The notes below the pieces were generated by a model. That model had not been told where the DNA came from. It was given only the letters and a program-made list of their open reading frames with translations, and searched no databases. The position numbers and the translations under genes are program-made. This document shows, piece by piece, positions 48,801-60,100 of a DNA stretch of 64,000 bases; the first letter of the stretch is position 1, and each line of letters begins with the position of its first letter. Origin of the DNA: Phoronis australis (Eukaryota; Animalia; Phoronida); assembly GCA_002633005.1 (NCBI GenBank), contig NMRA01000072.1, forward strand, positions 206,952 through 270,951, given 5' to 3'.

Positions 48801-51800
48801 CAACACTTCCTCATAGCCATCCAATCACTATCAGTTGGACTGTCACCTAGCTAGTGTGTGCTGGTAATAAACTTACGAGATTTTTCGTTACACAAGCAAG
48901 ATTTATCCAAATGCACAACATACTAGCCTCAATGAAGGCACCCGGATGACATTCCAGCGCAGGCTATAGGGACAGCAAACACTCCCTACGCTGCATAAGA
49001 ATCTGGCCCTTAAAGTTTCCATGAACCCACCCTTAGTAGATCATTACGGCGTTTTCCCATTGCTCCCAACTTGTTCGATTCTATAGCCCAACAACAAGTT
49101 GGGAAGATGATCCCTGTAGCCAATATCTTACACAACTGATTAACTCCATTCTGGCATTAATGGTTGGAGGGCCAGCTCTCTTTTGTTCGATAATTGCTCT
49201 AATCCCCAATAAGATCGTATCTAGCCTGACTGGGCTGTGCTATTAAAAATAAAAGTTAAGTTAAAACATATTTGAACATAAACCAATAGCAATTCCTCGT
49301 CAAAGTGCTGATCATGTTTGGTTTTTGAATCGACGAAATCGCCTAACTACTTACTGAAGTTATGACAATCTATTCTTTAAGAACATACCAATTCGCTCTG
49401 GGTTTGACTGTGTTCACATGTGGTTTGTAAAAAGCCAGGTAGATAATTGGCCTGCCTATTGTCATACCAGACAAGAGACTGTGCTTGGCAGTTAACAAAG
49501 GAGCTAAATGTTATCACATGCTCATAACCCACTACGTCTGGTAATGTCACTGAACGAGAGAACGCCATCATGACAAATCACTTGCCATTTTAACTGGTCT
49601 ATGCTTCTGCCGTAGTCCATCACTCAGATTAGAAATGATTTCTGGGCTTGAAGCAACTAACGATACCTTAGTTGGAGGTCATGCTTGCAGCATAAAATGA
49701 CACGACTACACAAGCTGACATCACTTCTCAAATGTATTGGTCTATTTACACCAATCATTAGCCTAATTATTTAGATTGGCACAATGTTTCAGTCAGTCAC
49801 TTCTCCGGCCATCTTCAGGTGTTACAGCATTCTTAGAAGAACGAACACAGGTGAAAAGTACACTCATACTGTTGCCATATCATCACCTCAAAGTGGTTTT
49901 AGGAAGACAAGCTAACTTATTGATCTTGGTCTTGAGCAAGAATGAGCTGGCAAGTCTTCGTGACCCCAGAAAACATTTCTAATCTGGATAGGAAACAGTC
50001 TGAGATCAATTTTATGATTGGAAATGGCCTACAACAAAAGTAAGTTTCTTGACAGCACTTAACACCACTGCACATCCAACAAACACATACCATCAGAACA
50101 CTGTAGTGTGCACATCCAACAAACACTTACCATCAGAACACTGTAGTGTGCACATCCAACAAACACTTACCATCAGAACACTGTAGTGTGCACATCCAAC
50201 AAACACTTACCATCAGAACACTGTAGTGTGCACATCCAACAAACACTTACCATCAGAACACTGTAGTGTTAACCTCTCTCCCACCGCAGATGTGGCGGAC
50301 CATTTGGCAACTTCCGAAAGCGACTCTTGAAGTAGATTTTCATCAATTCCCCTAGTAACAGTTTAACAGTCAGCCATTTAAGTCTGCCTTTATCTTACAC
50401 ACCAACATTTAGGCCCAGGCACCTGTTGGTACAGCTGAGCCTATGTTCAAAACATTTGAGTAAAACCAAGTGCAAGTTTGGGCATGCGAGTGAAAGATGA
50501 ATTCTTAGTAGTAAATATTAATATTTTCCATTTAAGATTAGGTAGTGAAATACTAAGCATAGAAACAATAACACTTTAAGATATGCATCGGGCCCATCAA
50601 GTAACTTGTGAGAGTGGGTTAATTTCAGTCACCAAGGCCGCGTTCCTGGAAATTTATTGTTATTTCATAATTTCAATTTAAACAAGGATTACAATACGAC
50701 GACGTTGCTTTGAAAGAGCAAATATGCCTGCAAAGAGGATTATGTTTCAACATTAGAACATGGCTTATAGCAGCTTTAAAATATCAAGCTTACCTGTCCA
50801 ACCCTGAAAATAATGAACCTTGCTCAAACTCCTGTTGTAGCTGTTTCTCTTGGACTTCATTCATATAAGGCACGCCTTCACTGACAAACTACAAGTATTG
50901 AACAGGCAACATTCAATTATTAATAAAATTAATGTGTGCTATCAGACTCCTGGATTCTAAAACAATGAAACAATGCCTGTGAAATTCACTCAGTTGCTTA
51001 CATAATGTGAATTTAGGTTCGTAGCTGAAAATCACTGAAATTCAAGTTAATTATAAACACGCCGTCTGCAAAAAAATATTTTGATTTAGACCAGGTACTA
51101 TTATCAAACTGCTTTCAACTTTTCCTCACTCAGATTAGAGGTAATTTCTGAGACTTGTAAAAGTGACATAATTCATTAATTCTTCAGATTAGGCTTGATG
51201 AGTTGCCTTGACCTGCCATGATTTTCCTAAAAATACCTGAGTTCTACTTTTAGGCAGTAAAGCCGTAAGCATTTACGTGACTTTTGGTTGGACAGCAAAC
51301 TTACTGTATTGAAATCAAACCCATGCTTGAATAAGAACTTCAAAGATGAAGCCTGAAAATAAAAATATCACATTAACAGTTACCTTAATTCACAAAAATA
51401 AATTCCTTATCAAAGCTGTGGATGAATGTACAGTTTTTGATAATAATCACAGCTCACCACCTCCACAGTCATTGTCATTAGTTTCAAATTTCCAAGTACT
51501 AAAGGTCCTGAACTTTGAAAAATTAATTAATTACATTAATTTTGTAAATGGATTGATGTTAATTGGGAACAATGTAAATTGAAGGCGGTTCTACTACAAA
51601 AATTGCTTTTAGCAGAATCAATGTTAATGTCACTGACTCCATTAGAATATGAATAATAGAAGGTTACCTGTCAAAGTCATGACACTTTTTTGAAATCACT
51701 AGCTTTCGGTCTCATCTCGAGACCTTCGTCAGGAGGAATGGCAGATAATTGGAGCCTCACCGTGTCTATTACGTCATCGTTGTCTTGTGTCATGAGAGGT

Positions 51801-54800
51801 GACTTCTGTCGAATCGTCAGAGGGAATAAATCCTGATAGAAGGCAAGAAGATCGAAGCCTGAGTCTCTGTTGAGTGATGAAGCGTGCAGGTGGATTTTCA
51901 CCGCTTTGCATATCTTCCAGTTCTCCCTCACCAAGACTATAGCATTATCCGCCCAGATGTTGTGTCGTGTCTGAAAACAGTGTTCGCCAATCACAGACAT
52001 CGAGCTGGTCGATGTACTCAGGTGTTCCTTAATACTAGTTCCGAGGTTCCCTAGCAGTCTCACCGACATAATTTGTATCACAGTCAGGGGAGTTGATCTT
52101 GTAGATAACGCTGCATTTTCAGCAGTCCTCATTCCATCCGACGATCCCACAGGGGTCAAGGCAATGATGACTCAGACGAGGCTCCAGTTACCAGCCATTA
52201 CAACCGACGAAGATCTCGAGAAGAAACCGAAAGCTAGTGGTTTCAAAAAATTTTCATGACTTTGACAGGTAACTTTCCATTACTCAAAACATGAAAATTC
52301 CTGTACAAATTTATTGAAATTAAAATCCACCACAGCGCTAATTACGTCAAGCCCAAATTATTACTTCAAACTCGTATTTATCACACTGGCTTTAGCGAAT
52401 CACTGATTAGTAATCAGTGTATCCATTCCGACCATAGTTTTATCATGAGCGTTATTTCGGGGTATTATAGAACAAAAGCCTGAAAATATGAGCCAAAAGA
52501 ACAGTTTTCAAAGACAGCACTGCATAGACTAAATGGCTCCGATCTACTCGTGATTGGTCATAAAATGATGCCAAGTAACGTAGCAATGACCTTCCCATCA
52601 GGGGCACAGATTGGTTCCTTCATCACAATAATAGTCTACTACTATTAATTCATTGTGTATATCCACCAGGTGGCGGTAACTCCTTTATACAGTCACACCT
52701 CGCATATACTGCGCTGCTGTTAGTTCACAATAAATGCGCATACTGTACACTGGTCCTCATATTATTCTGCTTGCAGGATGCTTAGAATAATTCATTATGT
52801 GTGCAGAATAATACAAAACATTATACAAACGTTTTATTTTTTCAAACCTTTTAAATTCAAAAATAACAACCCCAATCAAGGTAGTTAATTTGTGTAACTT
52901 TTTCAAATAGGACGTAAACAGTCGGGAACTTGACTTATGTTTGGCTAGCACAAAGCCGACTGTGCAATGGAGGTCAGAACGAGGCTAGGCACTGCATTAG
53001 GACTTTAATTAAAGATGTATTTGCATGCTCCTAACTATGCTAATGTATAGCAGGAACTAAACCACAACACTATTTGAACATAACCTACGTTAAACAAGTG
53101 CAGTTGTATTCATTGACAACTTGTAAATGTGAAAACAAGAAATTCTGCAAGTAGGTAACCTTTGCTCTAATGATGTACCCGCATCATGCAGTGTTATTCC
53201 CCAACACCACATCACGATACTTACTGGACACGGATGAGTGATTTACGGCAGATCATTTTCGACACAAAACTCAATCATTCTTAAAAAAATTTGGCAATTT
53301 CCATATTCACATTGTCACTGTTTCTAACTAATTTGACCAAGTAATCCCAGAGAGAAGGAATAAGCCTGTAAGTTCCACTTTAAATGATTACCTCATAGAT
53401 CAGACAACAACTCACCTGGCACCAGAAGCTTGTGCCGATACTTCCAAATGTTGACGGAAAGATGTAGAAGTTAAAAGTGTGAGCATCATAGCTGCAAAAT
53501 AACACAGTGAGAGTTTGCAAACAATCTCATAATCTACTTGCAGTTGTACTGAGAGTTTCCAAACAATCTCATAATCTACTTGCAGTTGTACTGAGTTTCC
53601 AAACAATCTCATAATCTACTTGCAGTTGTACTGAGAGTTTCCAAATAATCTCATAATCTACTTGCAGTTGTACTGAATTTCAGAATCAATTTATACTTAG
53701 AATCGATTTATGTTCATCGGCTTAGGTTGTTTCACGTCAAGAAAGTCTTGAATAAATGAGTAAATTGCATAGCTTTCACGAGGTTGACTTTTCATTTTGA
53801 TTTCTCATCTTTCTTCCAGTTGTCCTTTTTGTTCTACTTTGTCATAGTAGTCAAGTGTTAACAGGTGAAGTCAGAGAATGTCAAACTTGAATAACATGGG
53901 AAATCTTATTTAATACATTAACCATAGCTATAGTCCTCTGCTATAGCAACACAAACACAAGGTCCAGACCCCCCTCTATACTTGCAGATGAACAAATATC
54001 ATTGCAAAAGAGTACAGTATAATGTACCTCATTATCACAGCACGTAAAACTCCAATCTATCTTGTGAAATTTAAACAGCAAAATAATGAACTTGCCATTT
54101 TAGTGACTAACACACATCACACACCAGTGAAGAATACAATTGGATCTCTACTTACGTACGTTGTGATACAGATGACCTGCTGAAGGTTGACAGACCTGGT
54201 GAGAAAATTTGAATAACACATAGATGAAGGTTGAAGATATGAGATCTAGAAACGCTAACAAGAATATTGGCCGACTTAAAATCACAGTAATAGAAGTCAT
54301 GATATAAGCATTTACCACATAATGACAAAGAACAAACAAGAATCTCGGTATAAATTTAGGAGTGAATATTAAACAATCACTTGAATAAACTAGAATTTTT
54401 TCAACAAAATAATATAGAAAACATCTTCATTTATTCATTTCATCACAAATCAGCGAGAAATAAACAGAAATTCTTAAAAATAATCACTATACACATTTCT
54501 TTACTTTACACAAGTATTTTTTTTTTGTTTATTTAAAATATATTTGGAAACCTCCGAGACAAAATCTTCCAGAAGCAGGGCTTGGAATGACCAATGACAA
54601 AAAAGATGAAAAATTTCCAGGTGATGTATCGTCCCACAAATAAATAGGCTTGTGTGATAGAAATATTTTTGTGCTGTAAAATTTAACTGAAATAAACGTT
54701 TGTGCACGACTATAGTCAAAATAACGATAAAAAAGAGACAAAAACACAGGAAACCGGAAATCAAATAAGAGGAAATTGAAGCCAAAAAAGAGGAAATCCT

Positions 54801-57125
54801 CTTGAAACCCGAGAATTGTCCCAATCGCAAAAATGTAATTATTCATTTTAACTGTTAATGTACTGTTAATGTTGATGAGTAAATGTTATCCTTGATACTA
54901 CAGCATTGCTGCTACAAGTTCCACCAGATCAAGGAATATGGCTTGGTCAAAAACTCACCAATCTGACAAATGGTCACCTGTGAGGCATTCTTCCTGAGTT
55001 TACTATATCGCTCTGCTCCACTATCAAACAAGCTGAAAACAAAAATGGTGAAGAAAAATATTCATTACCTATAAACCCAGAGTAGAATCTGCCAGATAAA
55101 GATCGCATACGGATAATTTCAATTGCATTTCGCAGCTGACAGCTTGTCTTGCAAAGGAGACAAACTGTTGTTGTTACTGTTATGTTACTCTTATTGATAA
55201 ACACTATTTCACGCGAGATGCAACTCGCATCACGAATTTACGACAGCTGACTTGTTCTGAGCTCTCGTCAGCGTCTTTCTGGTTTTGATTTTCAGTTTGT
55301 AAGTCGTGTTATCGGAGTTCAGTCTAATAAACCATTTCTAAACCGTTTTATATGAAGTTTTAACTGACTTTGGCTAACGGCCGTAACACTAATGACTGAT
55401 TGGTGTGGAGCTTAGTCACTGTATTAGGTCGATATGTCAAATTATTGAGCAGTATACCTTGATTTTTCCCCTTCATCCACAGTTAGGCCAGTAAATTCTG
55501 AGTCAATGGCTGAAAACAGAAAATCACAATAAATACAGGATTACATAATAAACAAATTACTTTACTCTCGTATTGTTTACTACCCCATTTTATGTCTCCT
55601 GGGCTGCCCCCTCACCAGGTCTAGGTTTGATTCCTGGATGGCGATGACTTGACTCAGCAACTGCAAATAACATCATCAAAACTGTAGGTCTCAGACATAC
55701 AGTAATTCTCAACTTGCGGCATGGAAACAGTTGCCATAATTGTCATTTTTATCAATAAAACAACATTTTTCAACTTCAACATGTTTCGACGTTTCAAACA
55801 TCAGGAGAAGCAATCAAGGCCATCTAATGATCTTGACCCACACAGTGTTCAATGAGTAAAGCTATCATGTTGTTTTTAAATTTTATTTTTGTGGAGAAAT
55901 TAGAATTTTATAGTGGGTCATATTGTAGACTAAATAAGTGAAAAATTACCCTACTCATAACTTATGGAATACTAAAATATTTAATGCATGACCAGTGAAG
56001 CTGTATATAACACAAAAGAAACTATGGCGGATTCTGTCCCCCTCACACATGTTATAGCTGCATTACTAGAAGGCATTATGCCAACAGTGGACAAGAAAGC
56101 GTGCACTGTTTATCCAAGAGTATCCCGTCCAGCGAATTCCTGGCACATCAAAGGCTTCATGACACCGTCATGGACTGAAGTGAGCTAGTCACTTTTCATA
56201 GGCTGGGCTGAATGTTTTGGATGAGTAACTGCGGTCGTCAATCAATGGTTTAACGTACAAGTTTCAAAGTCAAAAACCAAACAACAAGTAAGGCAAAGAC
56301 CAACATGACTGTTTTTAAAATTGAAAAGTGAACAGCAGTTGTGTTTGAATTTTTAGAGAATAAGCGAACTGATTTTCTTCAGTATAACGGCTACTAAGCC
56401 ACGAGCATTAATTAGTGAAATGATTAGTACGGGTTAGTCACAGTACAGTTTAGACTCGCTTGGCGGGGTAACAAAAGCCCAAGTGTTAGCGTGCGAGTTG
56501 TCTTATGGTTTAAGAACTGCAATTAAACCCGCGAGTGAACTGTCAGGGTATCAATAATCTCTTTCGTTTGGACACCTGTTTTAATTTGTGATGCCCTAAA
56601 TCCAGTCACGTGTAGTCTTGGGCCCTCTGACCCAGTCAGGCCAGGCTCAGCAGTAGCTTTAGCTCAGGAGTCGGGGCCTTCACCACCCTGACAAACCAGG
56701 ACTCCACCTTTGGCAGCCACGGGGATTCTGACAGTTGGCCACTGGGCGAAAATGGTCAGTTTAGGGGAGGGCAGGTGTGGAGAGTCTGAAAAATATATGG
56801 CGATATGGGAAATTTTGTGGCCAATCAGTGGAGCTAAGAAAGGCCGGGTAACAAAGGCTAAATCCAACCAATACAACAGTCTGAGAACACTGCCATTACG
56901 ACTGATCTGTGGTTTGCACTTGGCTTGGCTTTGCTGTTTTCGAGTCACGAGTCACGAATGTCAGTGTCAGGTCTGCAGAGCGGTCGGCGGCCGGGCGGGG
57001 TAGTAGGGCACATGCCCTGCGTACTTCCATCGCCCATCGGTCTTACCGATAAATAAAGCTTCCTCGATGTATTTCTCAATGGCAGGAAATACTTCTTCGA
57101 AGTTATTTTTAAGTACATGGCACAT
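39862..57125 (-). CDS. PNLDC1: PARN-like ribonuclease / pre-piRNA 3' Trimmer (CAF1 family, DEDDh), 20 coding exons, 545 aa, C-terminal TM
   Basis: Exons 57125-57047, 55509-55458, 55032-54959, 54195-54156, 53491-53416, 51352-51305, 50888-50794, 50351-50251, 48340-48261, 47394-47297, 47081-47021, 46748-46679, 46123-46038, 45404-45340, 44998-44931, 43821-43725, 43053-42954, 41908-41819, 41223-41036 and 39931-39862 total 1638 nt and are phase-consistent. Motifs AIDSEFTGL, FNFYIFPSTFG, PLVGHNMFMD, IYDTK, PHEAGYDA, NVNLIRA. The hydrophobic tail GLLWSGLAISGGLLLWVIF favours PNLDC1 over PARN. Confidence 0.95.
41965..42168. mobile_element. MITE with imperfect ~30-bp TIRs
   Basis: cagccaaaataacacggaattccctgtcacgatggctg versus the reverse complement cagccaaaatatcgtgttcccgtcatgacagcta. 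Confidence 0.55.
43662..43724 (-). repeat. 20-bp tandem repeat x3 starting at the PNLDC1 exon-16 donor
   Basis: Minus strand gtaagtacgaaatgggtggc twice, plus a degenerate third unit. Confidence 0.85.
43978..44231 (+). mobile_element. tRNA-derived SINE (same family as 3152-3400)
   Basis: GGAGGCAGTGTGGCCTAGTGGGTTGAGTGTC head, TTCGAAT B-box remnant, tail tcagaccacttgcactatttttt. Confidence 0.8.
49779..49823 (-). ncRNA. Degenerate minimal hammerhead ribozyme motif in PNLDC1 intron 8
   Basis: Minus strand reads CAC-CUGAAGA-U-GGCCGG(agaaguga)CUGACU-GAAA-CA-UU-GUG. Helix I is CAC/GUG; helix II has one mismatch. Confidence 0.55.
50070..50269 (-). repeat. 40-bp minisatellite x5 spanning the PNLDC1 exon-8 3' end and its splice donor
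   Basis: Minus-strand unit acactacagtgttctgatg|gtaagtgtttgttggatgtgc. Donors at 50250, 50210, 50170, 50130 and 50090 (the last is GTATGT). Confidence 0.95.
51650..52286 (-). mobile_element. 5'-truncated Penelope-like retroelement: GIY-YIG endonuclease remnant between inverted pseudo-LTR copies
   Basis: Minus strand encodes SVIYKINSPDCDTNYVGETAR(frameshift ~52050)NLGTSIKEH...VIGEHCFQTRHNI...SLNRDSG. ~135-bp imperfect inverted repeats at 51650-51786 and 52157-52286. Confidence 0.85.
51696..51736 (-). ncRNA. Hammerhead ribozyme core in the Penelope-like pseudo-LTR (mutated inverted copy at 52200-52240 +)
   Basis: CUGACGA-A-GGUCUC(gagau)GAGACC-GAAA-GC-UA with palindromic AGCU. The + copy reads CCGACGA...GAAAGCUA. 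Confidence 0.7.
53508..53676. repeat. 40-42-bp tandem repeat x4 just upstream of the PNLDC1 exon-5 acceptor
   Basis: gagagtttccaaacaatctcataatctacttgcagttgtact units. Confidence 0.92.
54576..54810. mobile_element. Second copy of the CAGGGCTTGGAAT MITE (right end degenerate)
   Basis: Colinear with 32696-32890 (cagggcttggaatgaccaatgac...cacaaataaataggcttgtgtga.agaaatatttttgtg). Confidence 0.75.
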
Positions 57126-60100
57126 ATCAATAACTCAGTGTTCAACATTCGAGGCGTTATACAAAGCTGGACCGTGAGAGAACGTCGTTGATGCCCGTCT
57201 TTGCCTACTTGAACTGCTTACTGGTATCTTTGTTCAAAATGATAGATTTTAAAACTTGAAAAAAGATGGCGCTGCAATCTGTTTTCTTGGAGCAAACCTT
57301 AGGAGAAACCACTCCACGCACCGTTTATGTTTAGCCATTGGACTTTATTGATAAACCTTCCTAAAAAGAGCAACATACGTGCTTGATTAATCGGGATCGA
57401 GTACCCCCCTTCAAGAGGGGATTAGTCCCTCACTTAGTACGAAAAGATGTAAAAAGGTGGCATAAATAAAAACAACCAACTGGTATCACTATTTTTGAAA
57501 TAACACAATTTCAAAAATCTAGAAGAAATTACTACCAATTGATCCGTCATCGCGAAGGTGTCTAAGAAGGAAACGCTGTAATATAAGGCAATAAAAAGAA
57601 AATCAGGAAAATGGCAGCACACTGTTACATCATCGGGGCCCCCTTCCGAGAGGAGAACTTTTTAATATTTTCGGAAAAGGAACAAAAATAGAATCAGTAG
57701 CCCATTTGAACTAATAAACGGAGAATTTTCCATGCGGCCTTTGGCTGATTTGTAAGTAATCACATTTACTGAGAAAAGTAGGTTGTGATAAACTGTCCCG
57801 GCGTTTGCATAACTAGGTTATAATGCATGCTACGTTAGTGTCAGGGCCTTGAATGACGCTCTTACACTGAAAAAATCCCCTGCCACCTTCCACCGTCCCC
57901 AAAGAAGCGCCAACCTGTCATTGTTCACCATTAATGGTAAACTTAGGTTGCAATAGAGGCGACAAACCTGAAGCGCGTCAGAGTTTAAGTTTACATGGGG
58001 AACTCCAGCGACTTGAAGCTTGGGCCAGCTACACAAGTAAACAACCACGCGTTCTCACGTGTAAAACACAATGCGGTGGCTCGTGGCTTGAATACTCCGT
58101 TCAAAGGCGAATGTCGTTACAGTTACCAAGTTTAGCCAGAGAGCAGATAATGAGGGTGAAAATGAAAGGTGCAAAAACTTAGCCGTCGGAAGGTAATTGA
58201 CTCGGGATGCTTTTTAAAAACATTCCTCCAATTAAAAATACCCTTTAGCAATGTTGTATAGCCTATGTGTTTAAATGCGGGGTGTTTCCTTGGGTACTAC
58301 ATTCGACAGACAGCGCCCAATAATACCCCATGACTTGTCCCTGAGAATTGAACTGCAGCTGGTCAAAATCCCTGCAATGTGTCATTTTAATATCTTTAGG
58401 AAACAAAACTAGAAAGTAAAATGATTCGTGGTGCACCTTTACATAATTTATTTATTACTAAAACAATGTGGCGACAGCGTTTATCTTTTCAAAAAAGAAT
58501 AAATGGTTTGCAAACAGTGCGTGCGGCGTCTCGTTGTTCTCAGGGTTAAAAACTACCGTGTGCGTTTAGTCCGATACTACGAATGCTTGACCCAAAAAGT
58601 AAATTCGAAGAGTAGAATAGGTGTTGGTAAGTCGGAACTAATTTGGTTTTGTCGACCAGAGATTCTTAGTTCTCCGACGAGCTTGCTGAACCTGTTGTTT
58701 TTTATACAAGTTTTATCATTGGAAAAATTATGAGCCTTATTACAAAAAAAAAACATTTCACCTTTCAGTTTTATTCAAACTTTGTCAGTCTTTCCAAACC
58801 TCTGTTTCCCATATTCTTCAGCAGTGGCAGCCAACAGAAGTGCGCGACAGACTGAGCACAGATGTTTAAGCAGGAAGTTTGCCAAAAAGTTTTGGGTTGA
58901 ATCCGCTTTAATTTCGAAATAACCTCATGCTGCAGCGAGTCATGGTCGTTCCTGTTTTGTCTGGTTAGACTCGCCTATGCTGTGACAATACGCGTACTTG
59001 TTATATGACAAGCGTTCATCTGAATATGAATAGCTGTTTTGTGGTTCATTTGATCATAAACGGAACAGAACTGATGAGTTTCACGCACAACTTATTCCTT
59101 TGAAATCGACTACGACTGATGAATGCTGCGCGTTTGTTTGCAATGAAAACAAAAAGAAACAATACAATAAAATATCGCACCTCACACAAACTCAAGGTAT
59201 TAAGTTTTTATTGGGATGCATGTCGAGAAACACATAACACGTGAAATTAGTCGGGGCCAGGGCTAGCCGCTGTAGAACACGCTATTTTCATTTCATACAA
59301 CGCTGTTATCCATATCTTGATCAATACTGCGAGACAGGCCTGCTCTAGATTGTTTTACAGATGTTGTCAAGTACTTCCCAAATACGTTTAAGTAAATTTG
59401 CCCAAAAGAATCTAGAGTGACAAAGGGCCGTAGGCAGCAAAGGGATTAACAAGCGGGCAAATGTACCCCTATAATTTGAGTCCCAAATGCTCTTACGCAG
59501 GGTTGAAATCCTTTCATCGTGGGCATTTTCTGAGTATACTGGTATGTGATTACTTCCCACAACCATTCACAGAGGGAGTTTCCTCCTTTTCAGTGGCTTG
59601 GATCTAGGAACTAGTACTAGCCTGGATCCAGATACATTTCATTGACGAATACGGATAGGTAGGGCCTTCAGACGCCAGGTTTTTAAAACATGCATTTAGG
59701 CTAGTGTGACAAAAGAGACGAAAATAGTAAATTCCCACTTTTGCCTTATACTAGATCTCACTCAATCACATTTCACCGAGTAAGATGAACAAGGACTACC
59801 ACGTCACTAGCTTCTATGCAGAAGTCTACCGAAGCCCTGAAATTACCTTTATTTGCATTTTCGCGGGAGTCATCATAGCAGCGGCCCTTCTGTGCTATAC
59901 CGGTACCTCTTTGTCCACAAAACACTATACACTTAATCAACGAACCGAGAACTTTTCTATTTCTCTGAACGCGTACATTCTGAGAATCAAAAATCTTTGT
60001 TACTATTCTAGCATAAACGTTCCGATAGGTGTGTAGAAAGCCTGTTTAGTCATAGAATTTAGGTGATATTCGCAGGTCGCGTGTTATTTTAGAACGTGTG

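Noticed and set aside
50070-50269. Regularly spaced repeats resembling a CRISPR array (also 13427-13848 and 53508-53676)
   Set aside because: Head-to-tail units with no unique spacers, a eukaryotic intronic context and no cas genes.
55772-55810. Hammerhead-like remnant (CUGAUG...GAAACAUGUU) on the minus strand
   Set aside because: The core lacks the conserved A after CUGAUG, and helix II cannot be formed convincingly.
57264-57334. AAGATGGCG start of a possible divergent gene upstream of PNLDC1
   Set aside because: The ORF closes after 22 codons with no good donor; more likely a YY1-like promoter motif. No phase-consistent exons found in 57.3-64 kb.
59068-59152. Two CUGAUGA motifs on the plus strand (similar motif at ~1006/2732)
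   Set aside because: No compatible GAAA-helix III-NUH-helix I arrangement, and no convincing C/D snoRNA terminal stem.
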